From an uncultured Alphaproteobacteria bacterium (lineage in GTDB: Bacteria; Pseudomonadota; Alphaproteobacteria; JALCBB01), in contig OY279575.1 in the NCBI GenBank assembly GCA_958267355.1, positions 1,132,018 to 1,196,017 on the forward strand: a DNA stretch of 64,000 nucleotides, read 5' to 3'. The translations under genes and the position numbers were made by a program. The notes beneath the pieces are model-generated. The model was not told the DNA's origin and did not search any database. It saw only the letters and a list, made by a program, of their open reading frames with translations. Below are positions 47,360 through 57,061 of the stretch, piece after piece (positions within the stretch are counted from its first letter, which is position 1; every line of letters begins with the position of its first letter).

Positions 47360-48639
47360 GCGTCGTCGGCGGAGACTTCGGTGAAGGGCTCATCGTCGGC
47401 GTTGAGCGGTGGCGGCGGAGTCCAAGAGCTTTCGGGCGGAGTCTCTAACAGCTTGAAGCCGTGGGTGAGTCCTTGTTCCCAAGCTTTCTGCAGGGTGGTG
47501 GCGGGTTTAGTTTCTGGGTCAGGGTTGGCGGGCGATTTTTTGTTGAATTGTTCTAGGGTGGAAAGGGCGATTTTTGGTTCGGCTCCTGCAGTTAGCAAGG
47601 CGAAGCCGAAAAGGGCTTGCCGCATGGAAGCATTGCCATGCAAGCCGGGCATAATTCCGAGGTCAAAGAAAAGTTGTGTATTTTGCTTTTTATTCGGATT
47701 TAGATTTTTAACGATTGCCTTGGCGACTTTTGAGTCGGCATTTAAGTTGCTTTCTTTGGCGGCTTCTTCAAAGGCGGCGGCGAGTAGAGTTGCACTTAGA
47801 TCTTCGGTTTCTGTGCCACCATTTAGCGACAATCCGATACCTTCTACGAAGTCAGCTGTTGGCAGGTTTTGGACACTGGCGAGCAGTTTGCCGCTGGCTT
47901 GTTGCATTTGTTCGTTATTGCCTTGGGCGGCGGCTGACAAGAAGTCTTTGGCGCGGGCTTTGCTTTCATCCAAGACTGCGTGAAGTACTGTGCTTTGCTT
48001 TTCGGAGCTACCTGCAGCCTTGGCAAAAGAAAAGCTAGAAGACGCTAACTCATCCCACCGCGAGCGACTGAATTGTGCTGTGCCGACAGCTCCTTCGGGG
48101 TCTGTGTGCGAAGACGAAGCACTGGGCAGGGTGCGGGTGAGTCGTCCGTGTGCGGCGTTGGCTTGCATGAGTCGTTCGTAGATACCTGTGGTGCGGCTTT
48201 GCGTTAGGGCAGGACGCGAAGTGAATTCCGTATCCTGTGCCAAAAGATTTGCCGCAATTGGGCCTTCGCGGTGGGTGTGGCTTTGCGTCTTGGCGTGGAA
48301 GGCTTCGCGTTCTTCTATTGTCTCGCCACGAACGAAGGTACTGGTGAATTGTCCTGCGGCTAGGGAAGTTTCGGGTTTGGTGGTTCCGCTTTGGGCGACA
48401 GTGGCGGCGAACTGGGTGCTTGTGGTTTGCTGGCGTGCGGCACGTTGCGGAGACAATTTACGCAGCAGTGCGCGTAGGGGTGAAGTCAGAGTGCGAAAGA
48501 GTCGGCGCAAGGCTCCGCCTTGTGTGGCACCTGTTTCTTGCCAGCCGTGTTCGGGGCGAGCGGAGCGAATGTCATCTTGGATTTGCTCTACATTTTTCTG
48601 CACCGTTTGGGCGGGGCTTTGCGGATTGATCTTAATCAT
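47356..48639 (-). CDS. Hypothetical protein, putative T3SS substrate
   Basis: 427 aa, polar S/T/Q-rich N-terminus, in chaperone/needle operon; no known motif recognised. Confidence 0.55.
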   Translation of the reverse strand: MIKINPQSPAQTVQKNVEQIQDDIRSARPEHGWQETGATQGGALRRLFRTLTSPLRALLRKLSPQRAARQQTTSTQFAATVAQSGTTKPETSLAAGQFTSTFVRGETIEEREAFHAKTQSHTHREGPIAANLLAQDTEFTSRPALTQSRTTGIYERLMQANAAHGRLTRTLPSASSSHTDPEGAVGTAQFSRSRWDELASSSFSFAKAAGSSEKQSTVLHAVLDESKARAKDFLSAAAQGNNEQMQQASGKLLASVQNLPTADFVEGIGLSLNGGTETEDLSATLLAAAFEEAAKESNLNADSKVAKAIVKNLNPNKKQNTQLFFDLGIMPGLHGNASMRQALFGFALLTAGAEPKIALSTLEQFNKKSPANPDPETKPATTLQKAWEQGLTHGFKLLETPPESSWTPPPPLNADDEPFTEVSADDA

Positions 48640-48654
48640 AAGATTTTTATCTCC

Positions 48655-48756
48655 GTTTAGACTTGTTAGGCTTGATTTAGACTTGTCTTATACTTGATTT
48701 AGACTTGCCTTAGACTTGATTTAGACTTGCCTTAGACTTGATTTAGGCTTGTCTTA
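48655..48756. repeat. Degenerate 10-11 bp tandem repeat (TTTAGACTTG(CC/AT)) about 9 units
   Basis: Fills spacer between two putative effector genes. Confidence 0.9.
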
Positions 48757-50073
48757 TACTGCGGTTTCTTGCGAAAGGGTAGCCGAGCGTTCGGCATTAT
48801 CTAAGGCGGGGTCAGCGAAGTAGGCTTCTAAGTCGCCATCGTAAAGTGTTTGGATTAATTCCTCATCGCGAACTGCGATTGGTTCCAAGTCTTCGTCTGT
48901 GGCATTGACTTCCCACTGTACGACTCGTGCGTCAAAGTCGCTTGCCAGTCCGCCTGCTAGAAAATCACCCATCCAGTGCGGAGCGGCTAAGTCTGAGCCA
49001 ATTTCGGGGTCAGAGAAAAGCGCACCCATTAGATTTAACACGCAGTGTGCGCCGACGGTTTTCTGAACGATTTCTGAAGCACGATTATCGCTGGCGACAT
49101 CCAGCAACAGCTGCGAAGAAATCAACGGAGTCGCCCACGGCTTTGCGTTTTCCATAGCCTGTGCGAATTTTTCGTTGAACTTTGGCTCGCTATCTAAAAG
49201 ATGCGACTTGATGTGGCGCAGAGCCATTACAGAAGAAAACTGGCGAATATCGTGATAGGTACCGCTTTGCTCTTCGTCCGCCCCGGGGAAGACTAGGCTA
49301 TTGACCGAAAGCTGGGCTTTGGCTAGCTCGCGTTGTAGGTCTTGCATTTTGTCCGCTGGAGCGCCATCTAGCATTCCTTGCACATAGCGTTGCGCAGAGT
49401 CATTGTGCCGCTCCCAAGCGGTTTGAAAACGCGCATAAGAAGCGGGAGTCTGCGAAGCCCGTTCGGCGACAGCAATGGCTTGGTCGGCGATTTTGGTTAG
49501 GGCTTTTTCGTTAATCCGCCTATCTGGAGATTCATTACGGATTGCGACTTCTAGCAATCCTTCAAAGGTGCGGCGATAGGCGGGTTGAAATCGTGCCCGT
49601 TGTTCGGAAGGCCAGGAGTCAAACCCTGCGGGCATACGTTCAAACAGGGCTGAAGAAGTCCGCGCACTATCCACCTGCGGAGCAAAATTCATCCACGGAG
49701 CGGCGGCTGTGCGGCGGTCAGAAATGCGTTGGGCTTCGGCTTGGGTGGCGGCTTCTAGTGAGCGTGATAAGGCGGCACCGCGTAGTTTGTGTGGTTCGGC
49801 TTTCCAGTTGTTGAGGTTAACATTTGCGGCACGCAGATCATTCGGATTGAAACGCGCTTCAATTCGTCCGAGCAGTCCTGACAGGGTTTTGTTTTGGCGA
49901 TTGGCGCGGGCGGGGTCTTGGCGCAGGAGTCCGACTCGCTCCAAGATGCGGCGTACGCCGTTTTGTATGGCGGTGAAGCGTGAGGCAACGGAGACCTTGC
50001 CTTGCTTTGAGAAATCTAGTTTGCCGTTGCGTCCTGCTGTTGTGGCTTGCAGGTTATGAATGGAAGGCAACAC
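48754..50073 (-). CDS. Putative T3SS effector, paralog C
   Basis: 439 aa; shares motifs with the two upstream genes. Confidence 0.6.
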   Translation of the reverse strand: MLPSIHNLQATTAGRNGKLDFSKQGKVSVASRFTAIQNGVRRILERVGLLRQDPARANRQNKTLSGLLGRIEARFNPNDLRAANVNLNNWKAEPHKLRGAALSRSLEAATQAEAQRISDRRTAAAPWMNFAPQVDSARTSSALFERMPAGFDSWPSEQRARFQPAYRRTFEGLLEVAIRNESPDRRINEKALTKIADQAIAVAERASQTPASYARFQTAWERHNDSAQRYVQGMLDGAPADKMQDLQRELAKAQLSVNSLVFPGADEEQSGTYHDIRQFSSVMALRHIKSHLLDSEPKFNEKFAQAMENAKPWATPLISSQLLLDVASDNRASEIVQKTVGAHCVLNLMGALFSDPEIGSDLAAPHWMGDFLAGGLASDFDARVVQWEVNATDEDLEPIAVRDEELIQTLYDGDLEAYFADPALDNAERSATLSQETAV

Positions 50074-50087
50074 GGCGTACAGCTCGC

Positions 50088-51404
50088 TTATAGGTTCGGG
50101 AAGACATCATCGTTGGTCAGATCGCTGGTGGAAAAGGGCAGGCTAGCGTCTGTGGTGTGTGGTTCGGCGAGTCGGGCGAGTTCTTTTGCGTCTGGATCAT
50201 CAGGGTTTGGCGTTCCTTCACTGCGTGCGGCGTTCATCCACGAAGGGATAACCATTCCGTCCCGCGAGCCCATTGTGCGGGCGAGTCCATCTAGCATGTA
50301 TGACAGGCTACGCCCAGAAATCCGTTCGGCTTTGGAGCTTTGCAGGTTTTCGTAGGCATCGGTGGGAGCGTCGGGCTTCCACCCGCCTATTTCTTTTTGC
50401 GTGGCTTTTTGTGCGGCTTGGAAGACCGAAGCCAAAGTGCCTTGATTGTTCTTGATGATATTATCTACACCTGCGGGCAGGGAGTCTGACTTAGACAAAA
50501 TAGAAGTCAGCTCGCTATTGGCTTGTTGGACAACCGAGTGCATTAAGGCGTTGCGTACTTCGGCACGATCTTTGACAGAAACTTGTCCTTTAGAGTTTTG
50601 CATCACGCGGTCTACGGCATTGGTTAGCTCGGCGTTGTGCTGCATCAAGCCTTCCGCCAGCTGAAAGGGTTGGGCTTTACCACTAGCGAGTTGTTCGCCC
50701 ATACGGGTTAGATGTGAAGTGGCTGAAGCTAAGTTATTATTTAGAGCTTTGACTTCTGCGTCGTTATTGACGAAACCTGAAGCGATACGGGTGGCAAGGT
50801 TTGTGTGCGGTACTGCCGCCTTCGGAGAAGAACTAAAAACTGCGGAAGTAAAAGAAGTGCCTTTTTCGGAAGCGGCGTGTCCGACACTGCCGCGCAGGGC
50901 TGTGTCGTAGGTGGTGACGAAGTTATGCTTCTGGGCGGGCGTTGGCTTATCAGGAAAGCCAATATCGTTCAGCTCTTGTGTTCGTGGCGTACCTGGACGC
51001 GGAGTCACCATACGAACGCCGCTAAACTCGTTCATTACATTGTTGGCGGCGGTGGTGTTCATTGCCTCACTGCGGCGGATTCCTTCTAAGGCGCGGGCGA
51101 CATCGCCGCGAGTGGATTTGGCATTGATCTGGGTGCGCAGTTGGTCGGCGGCGGCATCGCCGAAGCGGGAGCGGATCATTCCCTGAAAGGCGGACAGGGC
51201 GCGTTCGTGGCGTGTGGTTTTGCTGGCACCGATACCGATACGGGCGAAGGCACTGCGTAGGGATGAAACGATACGGCTTCGCAGGCTTCCACTGCCTTGT
51301 AGGTTTTTGCCGCTATGGTCGGTGCGGAAGGGCAGGTCAGGACGATTCTGCAGTTGTTCTTGCAGTCCGCGTAGATTGCTGGTGTTTGCGATATTGTTTG
51401 CCAT
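50088..51404 (-). CDS. Putative T3SS effector, paralog B
   Basis: About 438 aa; N-terminal R..AL..F...IR.RFG motif; shared G[FY]..Q...F...Y and P.W motifs. Confidence 0.62.
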   Translation of the reverse strand: MANNIANTSNLRGLQEQLQNRPDLPFRTDHSGKNLQGSGSLRSRIVSSLRSAFARIGIGASKTTRHERALSAFQGMIRSRFGDAAADQLRTQINAKSTRGDVARALEGIRRSEAMNTTAANNVMNEFSGVRMVTPRPGTPRTQELNDIGFPDKPTPAQKHNFVTTYDTALRGSVGHAASEKGTSFTSAVFSSSPKAAVPHTNLATRIASGFVNNDAEVKALNNNLASATSHLTRMGEQLASGKAQPFQLAEGLMQHNAELTNAVDRVMQNSKGQVSVKDRAEVRNALMHSVVQQANSELTSILSKSDSLPAGVDNIIKNNQGTLASVFQAAQKATQKEIGGWKPDAPTDAYENLQSSKAERISGRSLSYMLDGLARTMGSRDGMVIPSWMNAARSEGTPNPDDPDAKELARLAEPHTTDASLPFSTSDLTNDDVFPNL

Positions 51405-51446
51405 GGGATGCACTTTGTCTGTTTGCGTCTTGTGTGTAGATGGGTA

Positions 51447-52781
51447 TTACCAGTCGTGGGCATCGGCGGTTAAGATTTCGGCTAAGCCGTGTACATCGGT
51501 ATCGCCGCTCATGCGCATTAGTTCGGCTTGGTCTGTGTCTAGGCCTTGGGCGGCGGCGTCTAGCCAGGCGGGACGCAGGGCATCTTTGCCGCCTTCGGGG
51601 TCAGAGCGCAGACACGAGTCGTAGAACTCCACTAGGCTACGCGGAGACGACTGCAAGCGCATTGCTTCGGCGAAGTCTTCATTGCCATTGGCAAGGCGTG
51701 GGGCTTGTACTTGGGCGATATTGGCGGCGGCAAGGACAGCGGCGAATGACTTGGCGTTATCGCGAAAGACTTCGCCGATTTTGATTTGCTCACTGCTGGC
51801 GTGGTCGCGTGAGCGGGCATTGGCGAGTCCGCTACGAGCGGAAGCATAAATATTCTGTTCTAGCCCGCGTTGGGTTTCGGCAAGATCGGCTTGCGATAGG
51901 TTTGGGTCAGCGGTGCGCAGGGCAGACATTGTGCGGTTGATTTGCTGATTGAACTTGGCGAGATGCAGGGCCAGGTCTTTGGGGGAAGGCTCGGGGAAAG
52001 TCATACCAGCGGCGAGAGTTGAAAGGTGTCTTCCTGCTTCGGTTTTTTGGGTTTGGAACTGGTCGTAGGCGGAAGGATTCATTGCGATGGCTTTCGCGAC
52101 TCGTGCGGCGGTGGTGGCGATTTTTGCGTCTAGCTTGGCTTGTCCGCGTGTGGGTTTGGCGGGAGCATTGGCTTCTTGTGGTTCATCGCCTGTTGGCAGG
52201 GGAATTTTGCCTGAGAAATCTACGCCATTATTCATGGCGTGATGATTGATTAGCCCGCGTGAGATTTCGCCGTAGATTGATTCGAAGGCGGCGACTTGTT
52301 TGCCATCCATACCTTTCGGATAGCCTGCGTCTGCCAGCACTTTTTTCAGGTCTGAGCGATTGCCAGACGCGATACCATTGGGAGACAAACCCCGAGCGGC
52401 ATCATCGGCGGCATTTTGCAAACGTTGTGAGTCGGTGACAAGTCCTTTCAGCACGGAGACGATATTGCGTCCTTTGGTGCCAGACTTCTCCAACTTCGCG
52501 GACGCGGCGTGGGCTAGGCTTGCGGGATAGCGATCACGGATCATCGCGCGGAATTCGTCTAAGCCAGCGGCTTGTCGGGCGGCACGGGTTGGATCGCGTC
52601 CGATACCGATTGCCTGAAAGGCGAGGCGAATGGCATAGACGATTTTGCCGCCGAAGCCACGGGCGGCGAAGCCTTTGTCTACTCCGTTGCCTTCTTTATT
52701 GACGCGCAACGAAGTGAGTGGCTGTGAGCGCATTGTCTCTTGTAGTTGGGTGAGACTTACATTTGAGCGAATACCGTTCAT
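51447..52781 (-). CDS. Putative T3SS effector, paralog A
   Basis: 444 aa, directly downstream of needle gene; shared motifs with B and C. Confidence 0.62.
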   Translation of the reverse strand: MNGIRSNVSLTQLQETMRSQPLTSLRVNKEGNGVDKGFAARGFGGKIVYAIRLAFQAIGIGRDPTRAARQAAGLDEFRAMIRDRYPASLAHAASAKLEKSGTKGRNIVSVLKGLVTDSQRLQNAADDAARGLSPNGIASGNRSDLKKVLADAGYPKGMDGKQVAAFESIYGEISRGLINHHAMNNGVDFSGKIPLPTGDEPQEANAPAKPTRGQAKLDAKIATTAARVAKAIAMNPSAYDQFQTQKTEAGRHLSTLAAGMTFPEPSPKDLALHLAKFNQQINRTMSALRTADPNLSQADLAETQRGLEQNIYASARSGLANARSRDHASSEQIKIGEVFRDNAKSFAAVLAAANIAQVQAPRLANGNEDFAEAMRLQSSPRSLVEFYDSCLRSDPEGGKDALRPAWLDAAAQGLDTDQAELMRMSGDTDVHGLAEILTADAHDW

Positions 52782-52851
52782 TTTGGCTACCTGCGAACTT
52801 GGATTTGATTTCCCCGTTGTTTCTTTAGGGTTGGTTTTAGGGTTGGGTTTT

Positions 52852-53097
52852 TTAGAAGCGTTGCACGACGGCTTTGAGCATATCGTCCATGGCTTTGGTA
52901 AGACTGGCTTGTAGTTGGGTGGCGATACTTGCCTTCATCATTTTGACTTGCATTTTTAGCAGGTCAGATTGATTGGTTGGGTCCATATTTTGCGAGAAGT
53001 CTTGTACATCCTTCATGGCGGCGGAAGCCTGCTCGCTGACTTTCTGGAAGCTATCTATAGAAAGACCACTTCCACTTACACCTGATAGATCAGCCAT
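52852..53097 (-). CDS. sctF: T3SS needle subunit (YscF/EscF family)
   Basis: 81 aa helical hairpin, DP.N...LL..Q.......S...K...D....VVQ.F; GGAGAG RBS. Confidence 0.8.
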   Translation of the reverse strand: MADLSGVSGSGLSIDSFQKVSEQASAAMKDVQDFSQNMDPTNQSDLLKMQVKMMKASIATQLQASLTKAMDDMLKAVVQRF

Positions 53098-53207
53098 AAT
53101 TCTCTCCTTGGAACTCGTGTGGTTTATGGGTGGGGTATTGGGCGTTTTGGTTTGATACGCACGGGTTTAACGGGTGGGTTTAGACTTGTGGGGTTAGACT
53201 TGTGGAT

Positions 53208-53453
53208 TTAGATCGTGCGTTGATGGAAGAACGATATTGACGCGACAATTCGCTCGGCGGCGTCTAGGGCACCGATTTCGCTTTCTGTGGCTTGTGCTTG
53301 CTCTGGAGGCAAGCCTGCGTCAAGGGCTGATTTCAGCTCGTCGCGGCGGCTATGCAAGACTTTGTAGAGTTGGTCGCGTTTGGCGAGTCCGTCTTCGGCG
53401 GCGAGTTGTTCGCCGAGTGTGGTCATAGCGGGGAGAAGATGCTCGGTATTCAT
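53208..53453 (-). CDS. YscE/EscE/SsaE-family needle co-chaperone
   Basis: T.L...L..D...R..L...L...LDAGLPPE.......ALDAA.RI; adjacent to sctF. Confidence 0.75.
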   Translation of the reverse strand: MNTEHLLPAMTTLGEQLAAEDGLAKRDQLYKVLHSRRDELKSALDAGLPPEQAQATESEIGALDAAERIVASISFFHQRTI

Positions 53454-53554
53454 AAGATTTGTCTCTCTCTGTGGGGTTTTGCCTTTTGTGGCGGAGTGGT
53501 TTCGTGCTTGTTTCTGGTGCCTTTAGAGCATAGGGGGAGTATAGGGTATCTGCT

Positions 53555-54142
53555 TCACGCTCGCAGGATATGTTCTTGTGGTTTTTGCCCTTCGGCGGGG
53601 GTATTTTCAGCAGATTCACCCGAAATTCCCCCAGCTGATGTATGGGCGGGGTTATGGGCAGATTTATAGGCAATTTCGTGGAGCGACAGCCGCTCAAGGT
53701 CTTGGTTCCACAGGCGGGCGGTATCTAGAAAGCCTTCTAGCCACTGGCTCCAGTTGGCGACTTGGTCTTCTCCTAGCAAGGCCCGCAAGGGGTGGCGGGC
53801 TGACAGGGTTACCGCCTTGCCATCAGGAGTCAGCGAGAAGACAGGGTCAGATGGGGCAAACAGATAGTTATTCTGCTCCAAGACCTGCAACAGCACCCGT
53901 GGTGAGTCGGGGTCAGCGGCGTCTAGGCAGATATGCGTTACGACTTCTTCGTTGGCTTCGTCTAGCCCGATGTAGGCGATATCAGGAGCCGCGTCATCGC
54001 CCTGCCCGTCCGCTTCTGGACGCTCACGGGTGTAGAGAAAAATCGGCAAGTCCTGCCCGTCTTCGTTGGAAGCCGTAGGGACTTCCAACTGGTGGGCGGC
54101 AGAAAACGCCATCAAGAATTCATCCCACAGAGTCCGACTCAT
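53555..54142 (-). CDS. CesT/Tir-family class I T3SS chaperone
   Basis: Acidic, LL..LE.N.L......FSL, LEGFLD.ARLW C-terminal helix. Confidence 0.7.
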   Translation of the reverse strand: MSRTLWDEFLMAFSAAHQLEVPTASNEDGQDLPIFLYTRERPEADGQGDDAAPDIAYIGLDEANEEVVTHICLDAADPDSPRVLLQVLEQNNYLFAPSDPVFSLTPDGKAVTLSARHPLRALLGEDQVANWSQWLEGFLDTARLWNQDLERLSLHEIAYKSAHNPAHTSAGGISGESAENTPAEGQKPQEHILRA

Positions 54143-54660
54143 AAGCGCAATACCTTCTCTGGCTCACCTGTGCCGCCTGTACCGCCTCCTAAGCCCTCTG
54201 TGTGGCCTTTATCGCCATCTGTGGCACTTGCATCCCCAGAAGCATACCAGCCACCCAGCGAAGCCGTCAGTGCCTGTGCCAAAGCCTCAGGCGTTGGTAC
54301 TTCGGCATCTAGCAAGACCGTGCGCTGAAACCGCAGGCGGCGGCTCATCGGCTCCACAACGGGGATAAACTCCCGCGTCATATCCGCACAATAGGAAGCA
54401 GACAAAGCCCGCACCTGGGCGGCAAAAGTGGGCAAGTTCTCCAGATCGGTAAAAGAAATCAAAAGCCGCTCGTCAGCGAATCGCGCTTCAATCCGCACGG
54501 CAGGGGAAGCGGCTTCCAGTAGCAAGCCATCGCTTGCCCCACTCTCGTCCGCAAGCGTGGCGTCAGCCGCTGTGGCGGCAGTGGCAGAAAGCGCACCTGC
54601 AAACGCCCGCAGGTATTCCTTCTGGGCTTGTGGCTCTGAAAGGTGTGTGGCTTGTGCCAT
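54139..54660 (-). CDS. Putative class I T3SS chaperone-like protein
   Basis: Size, acidity and pattern like neighbour; 4-bp overlap with CesT gene. Confidence 0.45.
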   Translation of the reverse strand: MAQATHLSEPQAQKEYLRAFAGALSATAATAADATLADESGASDGLLLEAASPAVRIEARFADERLLISFTDLENLPTFAAQVRALSASYCADMTREFIPVVEPMSRRLRFQRTVLLDAEVPTPEALAQALTASLGGWYASGDASATDGDKGHTEGLGGGTGGTGEPEKVLRL

Positions 54661-54694
54661 TAGCGGCAAGGCTCGTTAGCCCTTGTCTTGGCTC

Positions 54695-54829
54695 TTGTCC
54701 CGAAGTGGTGGGGGACAATTGCGTTGAGGAAACACCCAGAACACGAGCCACCACTCGTGCTCCGAGTTCAACGGGAACTATCAGCAGGGAAGGCAGGTGC
54801 CAGTCTGGAGCCCCGTTTTGTTTCCTCAT
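54695..54829 (-). ncRNA. Putative structured leader RNA or sRNA (three-way junction plus 3' hairpin)
   Basis: Perfect 10-bp closing stem 54828-54819/54734-54725, two internal stems with G-U pairs valid only on the minus strand, hairpin 54718-54695. Confidence 0.45.
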
Positions 54830-54834
54830 TGTAG

Positions 54835-54862
54835 AAGATGAACGATTTTTGGGGGATTGCAA
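54835..54862 (-). promoter_or_regulatory. Sigma70-like promoter for the chaperone-needle-effector operon
   Basis: TTGCAA-16 nt-CATCTT on minus strand at the edge of an AT-rich tract; predicted start coincides with the first stem. Confidence 0.4.
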
Positions 54863-55119
54863 ATTGTAAATTGTGGAATTCAGAAAAAACAAAGGCTTAT
54901 TTCTGTGGATAAAAAAACAACTTTTGATAGAAGTTTGTATGAATTTACAACTTTAAATGATTTTCTCGCCTGACTCCCTTGCCTAGCCTAGATTAGCGGG
55001 AAATTAGCGGCTTTCCGCTCTTCCCGAGCCCTAGACCAGCGACTTGCCCCCTTACCTGCCCTATTACCTGCCCCCTTACCTTCCCCTACTTCCCTAGCCC
55101 TACGCCAGCGGCATAGCCC

Positions 55120-55635
55120 CTAGCGGCGGGAACGGGCAAACCGCGCTTCGGTCAAGCCATCCAGCAGCAAATCCGCCTGCCGCTCTTCTTCTTTGCGAGC
55201 GGCGGCAGTGGCGCGTTCTTGCAAGGTCAGCAAAGCTTCGCGTTTGCGCTCCAAGCGGCGTAAGGCGTGGCGGGCTTCTTCTAGGGCAGTTTCCCGCTCC
55301 GCCACCACTTCTGCCGCCAAGCGGCTTGCTTCTTCTAGGCGACTGCGCTCCACCAAAACTTCTGCCGCATCGGTGCGGGCATCTTCCACGGCTTGAAGCT
55401 TCGTCTCACGCCCCAAAACAGGAGCATAACAAGCCGCAATTAATTCCGCCTGTCGCTCGGCATATTCAGCCACGGCTTGACGGGAAAGTTCTAGCTCTTC
55501 CCGTGCCACCAAAACTGCCCGCTCTGCCGCTCGCACTTCTGTTTCGGCTCGCTCAACCCGCCGATCGCGCAAGGCTACCAATTGCGCCAAAGCGCCACCT
55601 TGATTTTGTCCGCCTACCACTGCCCCTAACTCCAC
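55120..55635 (-). CDS. sctO: T3SS stalk protein (YscO family)
   Basis: L..LR.RR..RAE coiled coil directly downstream of ATPase. Confidence 0.78.
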   Translation of the reverse strand: MELGAVVGGQNQGGALAQLVALRDRRVERAETEVRAAERAVLVAREELELSRQAVAEYAERQAELIAACYAPVLGRETKLQAVEDARTDAAEVLVERSRLEEASRLAAEVVAERETALEEARHALRRLERKREALLTLQERATAAARKEEERQADLLLDGLTEARFARSRR

Positions 55636-55686
55636 CCGTAAGCCTTGCCCCTAATTCTACGCCTAGCCCCACGCCTAATTCTGCCC

Positions 55687-57051
55687 CTAACTCTCAAGTG
55701 CCTGCATCTTCTGCAAGGTCTCGTCAAAGTCGCTGAACTCTCGTGTGCCTTGCTTCAAAAACATCTGAATCGCATCGCGCTTGGCAATCGCTGTGTCCGT
55801 AGTCGCGTCTGACCCTTCGCTGTACTCACCAACCCGTATCAAAAGCTCGGCGTTTTCGTATGCCGCCATAAGCTCCCGCCACCGCCGAGCCGCCGCTTGA
55901 TGTTCGGGCGTGGTGATATTCGTCATAACCCGACTGGCAGAGCGCAAAACATCTACCGCTGGATAATGCCCTGCCGATGCTAAATCCCGCGACAGAATAA
56001 TATGCCCATCCAAAATTGACCGCGTTTCATCGGCGACAGGCTCGGTCATATCATCGCCTTCCACCAAGACCGTATAGAAAGCGGTGATAGATCCTGTTTT
56101 GCCCATACCCGAACGCTCCATCAGGCGGGGCAGAGTGGCAAAGACCGAAGGCGGAAACCCCCGCCGCGTTGGTGGTTCCCCAGCCGCTAAGCCGATTTCC
56201 CGCACGGCACGGGCAAAGCGCGTGACTGAGTCCATCAACAGCAGAACCCGCTTGCCATTGTCGCGGAAATACTCCGCCACGGCGGTTGCGACCCAAGCCG
56301 CTCGCGCGCGCTCCATAGATGATCTGTCAGAAGTGGCGATTACCAAGACCGAACGTTTCATACCTTCTTCGCCCAAATTGTCTTCTATGAACTCGCGCAC
56401 TTCGCGTCCGCGTTCGCCAATCAGAGCTACCACCGTTACATCAACCTGCGCTCCTAGCACCATTGAAGACAGCAGAGTGCTTTTCCCCACACCTGCGGCG
56501 GCAAAGATTCCGAGCCGTTGCCCTTCGCCGCAGGTCAGCAAGCCATCTAGGCAACGCACACCCAACGGCAAGGGATGGCGAATCAACTGCCGTTGCAACG
56601 GGTCAGGAGCTGACCGATAGAGCGGATAGCGTTTCGCTGTCTCCAAGTCTATATGCGGCTTGCCGTCTAGGGGTCTGCCCATTCCATCTAGTACCCGCCC
56701 AAGCAAGGCATCGCTGACAGGCACTTCTTGGCTACGCCCTGTCGGGACTACCAAAGTCTGCGACGACAAGCCCAAAAGCTCGCCATAGACCGACAAGATA
56801 GCCGCGTTGTCCTCAAAGCCTACGACTTCGCCTTCGCCCAAAAGCCTACCGCGTGGGTCGCGCAACTCACAGACTTCTCCGACACTGGCGTTCGGCACCA
56901 GAGCTTTGACCAGTGTCCCCACCACTTCGGTAACCCGCCCCGTAATCATAGTAATCCGCGATGCGGCTAGCCGCGTGCCGATTCTATCCACGGCGGGAGC
57001 TAACGGATTAGAGGAATCACCCGCTTCCTGATTTTTTTCGTCCGTAAACAT
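55687..57051 (-). CDS. sctN: T3SS ATPase
   Basis: [11 protein letters not shown] Walker [34 protein letters not shown]. Confidence 0.95.
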   Translation of the reverse strand: MFTDEKNQEAGDSSNPLAPAVDRIGTRLAASRITMITGRVTEVVGTLVKALVPNASVGEVCELRDPRGRLLGEGEVVGFEDNAAILSVYGELLGLSSQTLVVPTGRSQEVPVSDALLGRVLDGMGRPLDGKPHIDLETAKRYPLYRSAPDPLQRQLIRHPLPLGVRCLDGLLTCGEGQRLGIFAAAGVGKSTLLSSMVLGAQVDVTVVALIGERGREVREFIEDNLGEEGMKRSVLVIATSDRSSMERARAAWVATAVAEYFRDNGKRVLLLMDSVTRFARAVREIGLAAGEPPTRRGFPPSVFATLPRLMERSGMGKTGSITAFYTVLVEGDDMTEPVADETRSILDGHIILSRDLASAGHYPAVDVLRSASRVMTNITTPEHQAAARRWRELMAAYENAELLIRVGEYSEGSDATTDTAIAKRDAIQMFLKQGTREFSDFDETLQKMQALES

Positions 57052-57061
57052 TACGCAAACA

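Noticed and set aside
54788-54803. Sigma54 promoter (TGGCAC on minus strand) or hammerhead core
   Set aside because: -12 element reads TTCC not TTGC; CTGATAG does not fit CUGANGA with a matching GAAA
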